A stretch of DNA of 58,902 nucleotides. It comes from a virus (lineage: Duplodnaviria; Caudoviricetes). Every line of letters starts with the position of its first letter. The stretch's first letter is position 1. The position numbers were made by a program, and so were the translations under genes. The DNA lies in the IMG/VR virus record IMGVR_UViG_3300005096_000055, positions 1 to 58,902 of that record. One strand, given 5' to 3'. Positions 25,238 to 35,803 of the stretch are shown here, piece by piece. The notes under the pieces were generated by a model. It was not told the origin of the DNA and searched no databases. It saw nothing but the letters and a program-made list of their open reading frames with translations.

Positions 25238-25601
25238 ATGAAGAAGTTCAAGTGGATTCGGCTGGCGATCTCAAGTTGGACGGCCAACGATGACTGCGCA
25301 GGCAAGCACATTCGGATCAAGGCAATGTGGCTGATAGGGAAGAAGAATGGGTGGCGCATAGCGCTGATTGTCCCTGGGAAGCAAGACAACGGTCATGCAT
25401 AGATCCCAACTCAAGCCATCATTCTTCGCCCTCCTTCGTTGCCACTTCCTCGGCCACTTCTACAAGTTCAGTGGCATGGAGCCACCGCACGCCCACAATG
25501 GGATGGGCTACATAGTCCACACATCATGCTTGCGTTGTGGGAAAACGAGGACTCTCGTGAATCCCGCTACTAGCATTGCAGCTAAACGAACACAGGAGTG
25601 A
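25238..25601 (+). CDS. Two small ORFs between terL and portal (25238-25402; ~25395-25601)
   Basis: MKKFKWIRL...; LRCHFLGH..CLRCGK Cys/His motif. Confidence 0.5.
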
Positions 25602-27142
25602 ACGTGGGCTTGCCTATAACTGATTTGCCTCAAGGGGACCTGGCACAGCTCTCCGACGAGCAGGCCTATGCCATCATCCGTGCTGTCGTCACCGAGATGG
25701 AGTCATCCAACACGGAGATGGACGAATCCCGCGACTACTACAACGGCGAGCAGGCACTCAAGTACTCAACTACTGAGTTCAAGCGCGCCTTCGGTGATCT
25801 CTTCGATGACTTCAAAGCCAACTGGTGCGACGTTGCCATCACAGCAACTCAGAACCGCCTTGAGATGGATCGCATCGTCTTCCGTGATGGTGAACTCGGT
25901 GAGATCGATGAGGAGTCAACCTCTGCCGTCTGGAACGTGCTGCGCGACAACGAGATCGATGAACTCGAGAACGACCTCTACTCGTCTGCCATGATCGAAT
26001 CGAAGGCTGCCGTCATCGTATGGCCTGGTGGCGAAGACGACGACCAAGAAGTTCTCCTCACTGTCGAGCGCGGTCAGGTCATCTTCGTTTCCTACTACGA
26101 CGACAACCCACACCGGCCACAGTTCGCTGTCAAGAAGTGGCGCACATCCCTTGGCGAGGTCTTCGTCACCCTCTACACCGAGAGCTTCGTCTACAAGTAC
26201 AAGGTACCCCAGCAGTTCGTTGACTTCTCATCGGACATCTTCAATCAGTCCACATTCGATACCTCAGGCTGGGAGAAGCGGGAACTTCCCGATGAGGAAT
26301 GGCCGCTTGCCAATCCATTTGATCGTATCCCGATCGTCGAGTTCCGTGCTCGCAAGAACCGCTCCGAGCTCAAGAACATCATCCCGATCCAGGATGCAAT
26401 CAACAAGACCATCATCAACATGATGGTGGCTGGCGAGTACGCATCACACACCCAAACCTACATCATCTCGTCCAACGAGGAGCCAAAGGGTGGGTGGAAG
26501 AAGCGCCCGGGTGGCGTGTGGCAGATCCAGCCCGAGGTTGACCTTGATGGCAAGGCACTCCCAACAACGGTTGGCTCGCTTGACTCTGAAGACCCATCCA
26601 ACTTCATTCAGATCATCGAGCACTTCCTTGCAGAGTTCTCAAACCTCTCATCCACTCCTGGCTACTACATCTTCAACTCCAACTCTCAATCCGGCCGCGG
26701 CGATGCACCATCCGGTGACTCACTCAAGGTGTCTGAGACCACCCTCATCAAGAAGGTGGAGAACTACCAACAGCGCTTTGACCATCGTTGGATCAGAGTG
26801 GCCAAGCTCATCCTCGAGGCTCTCGGCAAGCGCCGCGTACCTGAATATGCTGAGGTCAACTGGACCAACCCACAGAAGCACTTCATGGGGATGATCCTTG
26901 AAGAGGGCCGTAAGATGATCGCTGAGCTCGATCTCCCACATGAATACGCATGGGCACATATCGGCCTATCAGAGGCTCAAATCCGCGATGCCAAGCGCGA
27001 GATGGAACAGCGCAAAGAGGAAGAGTTCAAGCGCGAGCAGGCCATGAAAGCCCCCACTGCTGCTGATGGCTCAGCCGACTCATCCACCACCCGCTCAACC
27101 GAAGATCAGATGAAGAACGGCTCCACGCCAAACAACACCTGA
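25598..27142 (+). CDS. Portal protein (SPP1 gp6-like)
   Basis: DYYNGEQ, NWC..I...NRL, NPFDRIPIVEF, SELKNIIPIQDAINK, APSGDSLK. Confidence 0.92.
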   Translation: MNVGLPITDLPQGDLAQLSDEQAYAIIRAVVTEMESSNTEMDESRDYYNGEQALKYSTTEFKRAFGDLFDDFKANWCDVAITATQNRLEMDRIVFRDGELGEIDEESTSAVWNVLRDNEIDELENDLYSSAMIESKAAVIVWPGGEDDDQEVLLTVERGQVIFVSYYDDNPHRPQFAVKKWRTSLGEVFVTLYTESFVYKYKVPQQFVDFSSDIFNQSTFDTSGWEKRELPDEEWPLANPFDRIPIVEFRARKNRSELKNIIPIQDAINKTIINMMVAGEYASHTQTYIISSNEEPKGGWKKRPGGVWQIQPEVDLDGKALPTTVGSLDSEDPSNFIQIIEHFLAEFSNLSSTPGYYIFNSNSQSGRGDAPSGDSLKVSETTLIKKVENYQQRFDHRWIRVAKLILEALGKRRVPEYAEVNWTNPQKHFMGMILEEGRKMIAELDLPHEYAWAHIGLSEAQIRDAKREMEQRKEEEFKREQAMKAPTAADGSADSSTTRSTEDQMKNGSTPNNT

Positions 27143-27327
27143 CCTCCATGGTTACTATTGGTGCGCGTAACTAACCACATATGCGTATACTCAAAATCGC
27201 CTGTTCGATAAACCGAACAGTTGGTAAATCACATCACTGTGGTTTACCATGGCAACAGCTAGAGCGTGCAACTAGAACAACACGCATGGAAGCCTGATCG
27301 GCAAGCAGGCACCGAATGGAGGTTCGG

Positions 27328-28026
27328 ATGAATGGATGGCCTTTCGCCCTCTGGGGTGGAGACGGTTCAGATGATGGTGATACCGGTGATGGTGCTGGTG
27401 ATGACGGCGATAAGGGTAAAGGCCCTGACGACGACGACACTGGTAGCGATGAATCGGTATCGATGACCAAGAAGGATCTCGAGGCTACGATCGCAAAGGC
27501 GGTCTCTCGAGCTACTCGCAAGGACAGGAAGTCCCAGCGCGAATCCCTCGGATTCGAATCGCAGGAGGCCCTGGCCGAGTTCGTGAAGGCAGCCAAGGAA
27601 GCTGAAGACACGAGCAAGAGTGAGGCTGAACGAGCAGCCGCCGAGCTGGAAGCAGCAAGGCTCAAGCTATCGGCCGACGAAACGTCCCTTGGTCAGCAGC
27701 GCATCGACTTAACAGTCGAGCGTGCAGTCATTATGACCGGCATCACCGACGAGGCCACCGTCAAGCGGATTCGAACGCTTGTTCGTTCTGAGCTTGGTGA
27801 CGACTTTGATGCTGACTCACTCGCTGAGGAAGTAGCAGATGCACTGGATGCGGTCAAGACCGATATCCCGGCGCTGTTCGACTCGCAGAAGAAGTCCTCG
27901 GGATCCGGGGATGGCGGGAAGGGCAACGTCAAGCCAGACACAGACGAGGAAGCCGAGAAGAAGCAGCTCGAGAAGTACCGTGTGGAATACGAACGCAAGT
28001 ACGGAACCGTCACGGTAGGCCAGTAA
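27328..28026 (+). CDS. Capsid scaffolding protein
   Basis: Asp/Gly-rich N-terminus, coiled coil, IPALF, position before capsid genes; GGAGG RBS. Confidence 0.8.
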   Translation: MNGWPFALWGGDGSDDGDTGDGAGDDGDKGKGPDDDDTGSDESVSMTKKDLEATIAKAVSRATRKDRKSQRESLGFESQEALAEFVKAAKEAEDTSKSEAERAAAELEAARLKLSADETSLGQQRIDLTVERAVIMTGITDEATVKRIRTLVRSELGDDFDADSLAEEVADALDAVKTDIPALFDSQKKSSGSGDGGKGNVKPDTDEEAEKKQLEKYRVEYERKYGTVTVGQ

Positions 28027-28047
28027 GCAACCAAGGAGATCCTGAAT

Positions 28048-28479
28048 ATGTCGAGACCCGACAAGATCACAGGTCGATTCCGCGGTGTTGTGGCACAGGC
28101 GACTGCTATCGCCGGAGTCTTCGGACCCGCTGGTAGTGAGGACCTCGCTCTCGTGAAGATCGACGGCAGTGGAGAGCTCGTTCTGGCTACCCAGGGCGAA
28201 GCAGTCGGCGTCATCGTGACGACCGAAGGCAAGGCAAGCTCCAGTGTTGCGAACTTCCGAACGGCAGCAGCAGGTTCAGTCGTCACGGTGTACACGCATT
28301 GTGAGATCGTAGATGACGGTGCAACCGTTGGCGACGAGTACTGGTCCACTGCGGCCGGCGATGTCGTGACCGTCGTACCTGGCGCCACACCAGTCCAGAA
28401 GGTTGGCGTCGTCCTCAACAACGATGCAGCCAAGGGTGGCACACGCACCCTGTTCAACATCGTTCCGTACAGCTTCTAG
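28048..28479 (+). CDS. Capsid decoration/cement protein
   Basis: Small Ala/Gly/Val-rich protein between scaffold and MCP. Confidence 0.65.
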   Translation: MSRPDKITGRFRGVVAQATAIAGVFGPAGSEDLALVKIDGSGELVLATQGEAVGVIVTTEGKASSSVANFRTAAAGSVVTVYTHCEIVDDGATVGDEYWSTAAGDVVTVVPGATPVQKVGVVLNNDAAKGGTRTLFNIVPYSF

Positions 28480-28492
28480 GAAGGGAGTCAAC

Positions 28493-29668
28493 ATGAGTGA
28501 AAACGCAGTGGCTTCTTTTGATGAAGCTCTCGAACGGTTCACGGCCCTCTACGGCCCTGTTCCCAAGCACATCTCCGGGATGGCCCCGTTCCTCTTTGGT
28601 GCAGACGATGCACCAGGTGGTTATCACCAGCGCTCTGACGTTGGTGAACGGTCGACTGTCGACGGAACCCCCCTCGAGACCCTCTGGGATGAGTTCCGTA
28701 CTCGCCTGAGTGTCTTCAACCAACAGCACTCTCTGTGGGTCGGTACCTTCGGGTCTCCCGTCACGCAGACCACCATGCGTGTTGCGATTCCGCGTCGGGC
28801 GAAGATGGAAAGGGCGACCGAGTTCGGCCAGCCTTCCCTGATCCGCACCGAGCGTGTGGCGCGAGCGTTCTACCTTGACCATTGGGATATCGGTATCGGC
28901 TTCACCCAGGAGTTCCTGGATGATGCAACCGACGCCGAGATCCAGGCCAACCGTCTCCTCGTCGAGGAAGCATGGATGTCCCGTCAGCGTCAGAACGTCC
29001 TCGAGCTGCTCATGCGGAGTTCGAACTTCACTGATCCCAAGGAAGGGCTCGCTGTCAAGCGGCTCTACAACGGTGATGGCGAAGTTCCACCGGAGTACGA
29101 CATCTACACGTTCGCCGGTTCGCACACCCACTACCTGACGACTGCTGGTGCAGCGCTCGTCGAGGCTGACCTCACGACCATCGAGGATGACCTCATCTCT
29201 CATGGCTATGGGGACAACAGCGCTGGTGGTGCTGGTGGCGAGCTCCTGCTCTTTGCTCCACGAGACCTCGTGGCGAAGATCCGGACGTTCACCTCGTTCA
29301 TCCCTGCGGCTACTTCTCAGATCGCTGAGATCCTGCCGAACAGTGGTGTGATCGTTGGTAACCGTCCAACGGGTGCAGGTTGGAAGATCGAAGGAACCCT
29401 TGGCAAGCTGGCGATCATCGAATCGACAGCAATCCCTGCAGGCAACCTTGTGGCAACCACCACAGCCGGTCAGCTTGCTCCTGGGAACGTCCTGGGCATC
29501 CGTCAGCACACCAACCCATCAGTGAGAGGCCTTCGCCTCAATCCTGGGCGCAATGACTATCCACTCCTCGACTCCTTCTACGACGGCTACATTGGTGGCG
29601 GCGTGAAGCATCGTGGTGCGGCTCTGATCATGCAGGAAACTGCAGGCGCATACACCGATCCGGTCTAG
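28493..29668 (+). CDS. Major capsid protein
   Basis: ~390 aa, position, ATEFGQP, followed by terminator. Confidence 0.8.
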   Translation: MSENAVASFDEALERFTALYGPVPKHISGMAPFLFGADDAPGGYHQRSDVGERSTVDGTPLETLWDEFRTRLSVFNQQHSLWVGTFGSPVTQTTMRVAIPRRAKMERATEFGQPSLIRTERVARAFYLDHWDIGIGFTQEFLDDATDAEIQANRLLVEEAWMSRQRQNVLELLMRSSNFTDPKEGLAVKRLYNGDGEVPPEYDIYTFAGSHTHYLTTAGAALVEADLTTIEDDLISHGYGDNSAGGAGGELLLFAPRDLVAKIRTFTSFIPAATSQIAEILPNSGVIVGNRPTGAGWKIEGTLGKLAIIESTAIPAGNLVATTTAGQLAPGNVLGIRQHTNPSVRGLRLNPGRNDYPLLDSFYDGYIGGGVKHRGAALIMQETAGAYTDPV

Positions 29669-29690
29669 GAAACTAGACCCTGAACAATGA

Positions 29691-29726
29691 GAGAGCGGCA
29701 GGAAGGTACCCCTGCCGCTCTCTTTG
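29691..29726 (+). terminator. Rho-independent terminator
   Basis: agagagcggcagg...cctgccgctctct-ttg. Confidence 0.8.
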
Positions 29727-29775
29727 CGTTATGGTTATCAACGAGCACCGAAGATCGAAACCGAAAGGGATCCAT

Positions 29776-30306
29776 ATGAGAGACATCTGGAACGACAATG
29801 ACTACACCAACGATCAGGTAGAAGCCCTCGTCAAGGCCAACCGCGAGTATCGCACCGGTGGTGAGCCACAGAAGGCGCAGATCCTTGCCATGCAGGTCGA
29901 GCAGGGCCTCCCCTTCGACCAGATCAAGCTCCCAGGCGATGTGTCTGATGCTCGAGCGCGCCGGCTTGCCCTCCGTCCTGAGACAACTGTTGACCCCAGC
30001 CTCCTCGATGTTCCACCGCGTCACGGCAAGGGTTCAGGCCAGACTGTCTGGCAGGAGTTCGCCACCCTCGTCTCCACGATGGATGAAGAGGTCATCGATC
30101 AGTTCACTCGTGACGAGATCATCCAGATCCTCATTGACCGCGACATCATCGATGGTGACAAGACGGCGGCTGAAGATGACCTTGACAGAGCGATTGCCGC
30201 TAAGGACATCGTTCATGTTGATGAACCTGAGCTCGACGTTGCTGATGGCATTGTTGATGATGACGGCAGCAACGAAGTTGAAAGTAACCTCAACGAAGCA
30301 GGTTGA
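29776..30306 (+). CDS. Hypothetical head-associated protein
   Basis: PPRHGKGSG..WQEFA..TRDEII; acidic tail. Confidence 0.7.
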   Translation: MRDIWNDNDYTNDQVEALVKANREYRTGGEPQKAQILAMQVEQGLPFDQIKLPGDVSDARARRLALRPETTVDPSLLDVPPRHGKGSGQTVWQEFATLVSTMDEEVIDQFTRDEIIQILIDRDIIDGDKTAAEDDLDRAIAAKDIVHVDEPELDVADGIVDDDGSNEVESNLNEAG

Positions 30307-30365
30307 CGTCAATTGATGGCAACTGCCCCAAACTTGGGGTAACATAGCGATGCGTCAAAGAATCA

Positions 30366-30983
30366 ATGTCCGGGCAAGGAGACGATGAGATGAGCCAAAG
30401 TACTGACAAGATGGGTGTTCGCGATTCGGTCACTGCCGAACTTGGGCATCTCACCTCAATCCCGAACCGTGGCGAATTCATCGCGGAGAAGAACCGTGTT
30501 CGTGTGAACGTTCATGCGGTGTTGACGGGTCCGGATGGTGAGATCAAGTATGAGTCGTGGGGTGAGAACCTTGTCACCGATCATGGCGACAACTTCATGG
30601 CTGCCCGTCTCTACGACAACGCACAGAACATCGTCACCGGGATGCGGTTGGGTACAGGTGCTACCGCTGTCGCGAAGTCTGGCGCCGGTGCAGTCATCGT
30701 CACCTACATCGCTGCATCCCAACAGGCACTTGATGCTGCTGCGACTGATGCAACGAAGGGTGCCGGTCTTGGCTGGAGAACCACCTACCTCACGACCTAC
30801 ATTGCAGGCGACGTAACGAACGCTGCGATCGCTGAAGTCGTGCTCACGGACGAAACACCGCTCACTGACGTTGCCGGTGCAGTCGCGAACACTGTCGCGA
30901 GGCATGTGTTCCCTGCAACGATCGACAAGCAGGTCGGGGACTCGCTGGCAGTGACATGGCAGATCGACGTTCTTGGGTCATAA
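30366..30983 (+). CDS. Virion structural protein
   Basis: ENLVTDHG..MRLGTG..IAEVVL..IDKQVGDSLAVTWQI. Confidence 0.7.
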   Translation: MSGQGDDEMSQSTDKMGVRDSVTAELGHLTSIPNRGEFIAEKNRVRVNVHAVLTGPDGEIKYESWGENLVTDHGDNFMAARLYDNAQNIVTGMRLGTGATAVAKSGAGAVIVTYIAASQQALDAAATDATKGAGLGWRTTYLTTYIAGDVTNAAIAEVVLTDETPLTDVAGAVANTVARHVFPATIDKQVGDSLAVTWQIDVLGS

Positions 30984-30993
30984 GGGGCTGTAG

Positions 30994-31956
30994 ATGCCAT
31001 TTACGATCCCAAACGAGGCTGATGCCGGTGCCGCTGACCAGGCTGAACCTGACTCCGTAGACTTCGACATCCTGGCGTTCGGTGCGAAAGCTACTGGTGT
31101 CGTTGACGGGTGTGCCGTGACAGCACAGGGTGTGCCGGATATGACGGTTGCGGTCGCTGCTGGTTCCGTGTCGATCGCTGGGCGTCAGGTAGCTGTCGCT
31201 GCTGCAGATGGGACAATCACGGCTGCCGACGGGACGAACCCACGATTTGATCTCGTGTCTATCAACACGGCAGGCACGATCGTCGTGACGGTAGGTACGG
31301 CGGCTGCTTCACCGGTGTTCCCTGCCCACCCTGCGAACGTCGTGGTGCTGGCTGCTGTGTATGTCCCCGCATCAGATACTGCGATTGGTGCGACACAGAT
31401 CATCGACAAGCGGATGATGCTTGCATCAACAAACTTCAATCGTTTCGTTGACGGGAAGTATTACGCATTCGGGCAGGGCCAATCAACACAATCGACAGGC
31501 ACGGTGACATTCCAAAACGTGTTGCTGTGTTGGCCGCTATGGATACCGCAAGCCGTGTCGATCGACGGATGTTTCTTCTACAACAATGCGATCACGACTG
31601 GTCTACTAAGAGTCGGACTGTACTCGTCTGGTGCTGACGGGCTTCCGGAGACGGTACTTGCCGATTCGGGTGACATTGATGTTGCAACAGTCGGGTACAA
31701 GACGGGTGCATGGACAGCCGTAACTGTTGGCCCTGGTCTTGTGTGGGGAGCAATCAACACGAATGACGCAGCAACCGCAGTTAGGGTGTGGGGTTCCGTA
31801 GATTCCCTTCCCGATATTGGGTCTGTAGCCTCTACCAATACGATGTACAGGGCATACAGCGCCGCCCAAACGTATGCAGCGTTTATAGGCAATCCGGTAG
31901 TTATCGGAACGACGACGAGAAACGCTCCGATGGTCAGGTTCAAGGTGATGATATGA
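30994..31956 (+). CDS. Virion fibre/accessory structural protein
   Basis: GCAVTAQGVPDMTVAVAAG..NPRFDLV..LAAVYVPA..IIDKR plus variable C-domain. Confidence 0.7.
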   Translation: MPFTIPNEADAGAADQAEPDSVDFDILAFGAKATGVVDGCAVTAQGVPDMTVAVAAGSVSIAGRQVAVAAADGTITAADGTNPRFDLVSINTAGTIVVTVGTAAASPVFPAHPANVVVLAAVYVPASDTAIGATQIIDKRMMLASTNFNRFVDGKYYAFGQGQSTQSTGTVTFQNVLLCWPLWIPQAVSIDGCFFYNNAITTGLLRVGLYSSGADGLPETVLADSGDIDVATVGYKTGAWTAVTVGPGLVWGAINTNDAATAVRVWGSVDSLPDIGSVASTNTMYRAYSAAQTYAAFIGNPVVIGTTTRNAPMVRFKVMI

Positions 31957-32327
31957 GTTGGCGTGTAGAGAACTATCGTGACGGGGTGCTCGTCGATACT
32001 GAGGAACTGATCGACATTGCCGGAGCCATCACCTATCGCCGCACCGTGTTAGGGTCTGTCGTTGAGGAACGGCCAGCCACCACCGAGGAACGGGCAGTCT
32101 ACACAGACGAAGTGCGGCAGCAACGCATCGACATTCTCGGCACCGACTTCACGAACGGCATCAAGACACTCCGCAAATGGTCAACTCAGGCACAAGCAAC
32201 GACCGTCACGAAGACCAACGCTATCGCAATTCTACAGGTCATGGTCGATAGGCAGGGTGTGTTCTTCGACCGTTTCGCAGACCTCCTCGTCCTGCTCGGC
32301 CAGGCCGACATAGACGACTTCGACTGA
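31953..32327 (+). CDS. Hypothetical protein
   Basis: ATGA overlap, MSWRVEN. Confidence 0.65.
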   Translation: MSWRVENYRDGVLVDTEELIDIAGAITYRRTVLGSVVEERPATTEERAVYTDEVRQQRIDILGTDFTNGIKTLRKWSTQAQATTVTKTNAIAILQVMVDRQGVFFDRFADLLVLLGQADIDDFD

Positions 32328-32333
32328 TAGCCG

Positions 32334-33263
32334 ATGGCTGTCTTCACACTCCGCAAAGCAGCGGGCGGTTCAACTGTCCGTGGCGGAGATACACTTCAAG
32401 GTGTCTCTGGTGGCGTCAACTACACGCGTACCGTCACCGATGCTGTCGGAGTCACAGATGCTACCTCACGCATTGCTCCTGCCTCCCGCACTGCAACCGA
32501 GTCTGCCAACGTCACCGATACAACTTCAGCAGCCAAGTCCTCCCAGGCAACGGCAACCGAACCGGTCGCGGTCACTGACTCTGTTTCCGTCGTCCTGACA
32601 CGCACTGCATCAATCACTGACCCTGTTGGCGTGACTGACGCGATTACAGCAGTCAAGTCCGCTGCCGCAACTATCACGGAACCGATCACAACAACCGATG
32701 CTGTCTCCACAGCCAAGACCATCTCTGAAACGATCACTGATTCCGTATCGGTCACTGATGTAACCGCATTCTCCAAGTCCGGCGACAAGGCTGAGACGAT
32801 TACTGAAGCTGTCGGTGTCACGGATACGGTGTCCCGTGTCGCTCCCGCTGTCCGTACTGTCACTGAAGCAGCATCGGTCACTGACTCGACTTCAACAGCG
32901 AAGACCATCGTCGTCACAGTCACGGAAGCCGTCAGCATCATCGATGCAACCAGTGCGCCAAAACTCAGCTCGGTCACCATAATCGAACCGGTCTCAACAA
33001 CTGACATCATCTCAAGAACCCGATCAGTGTTCAGGGTGATCAATGAGCCCATCTTGGTGACTGACTCGCCATCCCGTATTGCAACTGCAGTGCGTACCAT
33101 CACGGATCCTGTTGTCATAACCGACTCGACAACCAAGGCCCTATCCGTCACGGGCCTGATCACCTGTGTTGGGTTCCAACGTCATCCAAATCCATCGCTG
33201 GCACGCAATCCTGACAATGCCGGTACGCGCACACCGCCCCAAGGTGGCTGCTCATCTCCATAA
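32334..33263 (+). CDS. Thr/Val-rich repeat virion protein
   Basis: ~19-aa repeats of T(I/V)T(E/D)xVxVTD. Confidence 0.75.
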   Translation: MAVFTLRKAAGGSTVRGGDTLQGVSGGVNYTRTVTDAVGVTDATSRIAPASRTATESANVTDTTSAAKSSQATATEPVAVTDSVSVVLTRTASITDPVGVTDAITAVKSAAATITEPITTTDAVSTAKTISETITDSVSVTDVTAFSKSGDKAETITEAVGVTDTVSRVAPAVRTVTEAASVTDSTSTAKTIVVTVTEAVSIIDATSAPKLSSVTIIEPVSTTDIISRTRSVFRVINEPILVTDSPSRIATAVRTITDPVVITDSTTKALSVTGLITCVGFQRHPNPSLARNPDNAGTRTPPQGGCSSP

Positions 33264-33361
33264 CCTCTCCATAACCGATGCCAATCACTCTCAATGAATG
33301 GCTACTCGTCAACTACAATCCAACCATGTAGACTGGCGTAAAAGCAGAAAGGAATCGCATC

Positions 33362-33748
33362 ATGGCATTGGCTCAAGCGGTAATTGACCTCATACGTGAT
33401 GAGATTGGTGACATCGAAACGAACGAAGTTGATTTCGTTGACAACGACACAGATCTTCCAGGTGTTCCACCTGCACTCGGCTCCCTCGAGGGCATCTACA
33501 CGGACACTGCTCGAGGCAACTTCTCCCCACTTGGCACTGCACTCATTGTCTACCGCCGTCGCCTCCACAACCATCGCAACCGAGCTTTCGACATATCAAA
33601 GGAAGGCAACTGGATCGCTCGATCACAGAAGACACGTTTCCTTGCCGGCCGCATCAAGGAGCTCGAGGCGCTCACAGGCGCCGGCAAGCGATCCAAGAAC
33701 ATGGCAATCATATCCGATGCTGAGCTCGACACGATTGCATCAGCGTAA
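33362..33748 (+). CDS. Putative head-tail adaptor
   Basis: IDLIRDEIGD N-terminus, position. Confidence 0.6.
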   Translation: MALAQAVIDLIRDEIGDIETNEVDFVDNDTDLPGVPPALGSLEGIYTDTARGNFSPLGTALIVYRRRLHNHRNRAFDISKEGNWIARSQKTRFLAGRIKELEALTGAGKRSKNMAIISDAELDTIASA

Positions 33749-34011
33749 TGGCGGTACCCGACATGCCCGAACACCAATCACTCAAGTTCTCGGATGGCAT
33801 CATGATCAGCGGATCTAACTGCGACATCGAGGGCATCGGTCACTCAAAGACCAACATCATCCTTGCCTATGACTTCAAGGGCACTGTAGCTTGCATCTGT
33901 TCGCGTCCTTGGTGCCACGAGGTCATCAACACGATTGCAGTCGACGATCTCACCTCTACCGAATACGATGAGCTCATGTCGCTCCTTCACTCGCTCTCTG
34001 AGCCAGACTGA
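33748..34011 (+). CDS. Hypothetical protein
   Basis: TAATG coupling. Confidence 0.6.
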   Translation: MAVPDMPEHQSLKFSDGIMISGSNCDIEGIGHSKTNIILAYDFKGTVACICSRPWCHEVINTIAVDDLTSTEYDELMSLLHSLSEPD

Positions 34012-34013
34012 AC

Positions 34014-34403
34014 GTGAATCAACGAGCCCTTACCAACCTCGAGGCCCACTTCCACGATGAACCTGACTACGAGTGCGTAGGCCTCCTCCTCGCTGACGGC
34101 TCAACCATTCGTCTCAAGAACCAAGCTCGATCACGCAAGCGCTTCTTCGTCAACCCCGTTCAGTTTGCTGGCCTCGACATCCACCCAACCAACAATCCCA
34201 TTGCTGCCCTCTACCACTCACACCTCGACACACCACCTGCACCATCGGGTGAAGACCGCCGCATGATGCGCTATCTTGTCACGGTCTGGCCGAACGTCTA
34301 CCACATCATCCTCTCACCGAGCGGCCACATGGGGTACCATGTAGTCGATGACGGCGTTATCGAGAGGAAAGATCTACCGTGGCTATCGAAACCGGATCCC
34401 TGA
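34014..34403 (+). CDS. JAB/MPN (Mov34) metalloprotease-domain protein
   Basis: ECVGLL..N..F..YHSH..PSGED (JAMM motif). Confidence 0.85.
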   Translation: MNQRALTNLEAHFHDEPDYECVGLLLADGSTIRLKNQARSRKRFFVNPVQFAGLDIHPTNNPIAALYHSHLDTPPAPSGEDRRMMRYLVTVWPNVYHIILSPSGHMGYHVVDDGVIERKDLPWLSKPDP

Positions 34404-34795
34404 CAGATGCAGAGCTTGATGCTGTCCGGCTCGACAATGAATACGAGATGGAAGACACCTGTCGCATCTATGAAGTCACAACCAAGGGATCCCTTCAGCC
34501 TGATGGCACGATGACGCCTGATGTAGAGGCAACCGTCTACACGGGCAAATGCTCGATCTCACCTATCATTGCACGCCGTGATCGCTTTGATGAGTTCGGC
34601 CAAGGCCTCGTCTACTCAGTCCAGTACCGGCTCACCGTCCCCTACACAGTCGTCGGTGTCCGCATCACTCACCGCGTCACCATGGTTACCACCCGCGACC
34701 CCGACTTTGTCGGCCGTGACTTCGAGGTCCGTGACGTTCACCGCACCACAGACATCTCGCAACGCCGCATCACACTCCACGATCTCGATAGGTAG
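34379..34795 (+). CDS. Head closure/stopper protein (DUF6093-like)
   Basis: MEDTCRI..VYTGKC..Y.L.VP..DPDFVGR.FEV. Confidence 0.75.
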   Translation: MAIETGSLTDAELDAVRLDNEYEMEDTCRIYEVTTKGSLQPDGTMTPDVEATVYTGKCSISPIIARRDRFDEFGQGLVYSVQYRLTVPYTVVGVRITHRVTMVTTRDPDFVGRDFEVRDVHRTTDISQRRITLHDLDR

Positions 34796-34804
34796 CCACC
34801 CCAT

Positions 34805-35803
34805 ATGGCACGACGACCACCCCGCTCCTCGATGGTCTCACCGCGTGGTAGCGGTGGTGCTGTCGTTGCTGTTCCGAAGCCAGGCACGAGCGTCCAGTGG
34901 AACGTGTTCAGGTCGCCATCGATGGATCGCATCAATGGGCTTCCCGGGAATCGTAAGTCACCGAAGTTCTCTCGAGCAGACCTCAAGAGCGGCAAGTACC
35001 AGGTCTTCCGTAAGTTCGGCGGTGCCTACCATGTAGAGATCCAGCTCATCGGCTGGCGTACGTTGATCATCGATCAGCATGCTGTTGCATCACTCGTCAC
35101 ATCCCTTGCTACTCAAGTGACACAACTGGCCGGCGAGCTCGCTCGCGACTCAGCCATTCGCGACTCAACCTTCCAGGACCGGACTGGCGAGACCCGTCGC
35201 TCCATGCTCAAGGACCCTGCGATGATCCGTGAAGGCGATGACATCATCGCTGAAATGGGGCCTACCACCTTCTATGCACCCTTCCTCGAGTTCGGCTGGG
35301 TCAAGAACGGCACACCCTATGCCTTCCCCTTCATGATCCCGGCACTCGATAAGCACACCATTGACTTCATCAACGGACACATCGATGTCATGGGGATCGT
35401 GGCAGGCGAACGCCCTTACGTACTGCGCGGAGCCATGGGCCGAGACAGACGCATCACCTCAACGATGTCCAGGGCTCGCAACTTCCTCTACACCCAAGAG
35501 AAGGCCCTCGGTGACATTGCTGTCCTCACTGGCTCATCCTTCATTGGTCCAGTGCGTTCGATCATGCTGATGATGGCCAAGCAGCTTGGTGACCTTTCAG
35601 CATCGATGAATGGAACCGTTGCATCTCGCATCTCGACTCGCATCTCGGGACGTATCACCGGCCGTGGTCTTGGTTACGTCAACACGGTTGTCGTTTCAAG
35701 AACGTACTCAGGAAGCCCAGGCGGAAGCTCTGGCGTTGGTTCCCGCGTCTACAACCGTGTTGCAGGTAGAGTTACTGCACCACTTGCTCGAGGGGGCATC
35801 TAG
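34805..35803 (+). CDS. HK97 gp10-like neck protein with long basic extensions
   Basis: DRTGETRRS..YAPFLEFG..PFMIPA. Confidence 0.7.
   Translation: MARRPPRSSMVSPRGSGGAVVAVPKPGTSVQWNVFRSPSMDRINGLPGNRKSPKFSRADLKSGKYQVFRKFGGAYHVEIQLIGWRTLIIDQHAVASLVTSLATQVTQLAGELARDSAIRDSTFQDRTGETRRSMLKDPAMIREGDDIIAEMGPTTFYAPFLEFGWVKNGTPYAFPFMIPALDKHTIDFINGHIDVMGIVAGERPYVLRGAMGRDRRITSTMSRARNFLYTQEKALGDIAVLTGSSFIGPVRSIMLMMAKQLGDLSASMNGTVASRISTRISGRITGRGLGYVNTVVVSRTYSGSPGGSSGVGSRVYNRVAGRVTAPLARGGI

Noticed and set aside
27693-29509. Long minus-strand ORFs opposite capsid genes (and similar shadows such as 32420-33163, 24056-25066)
   Set aside because: No motifs; typical shadow frames of high-GC coding sequence, unlike the HNH case
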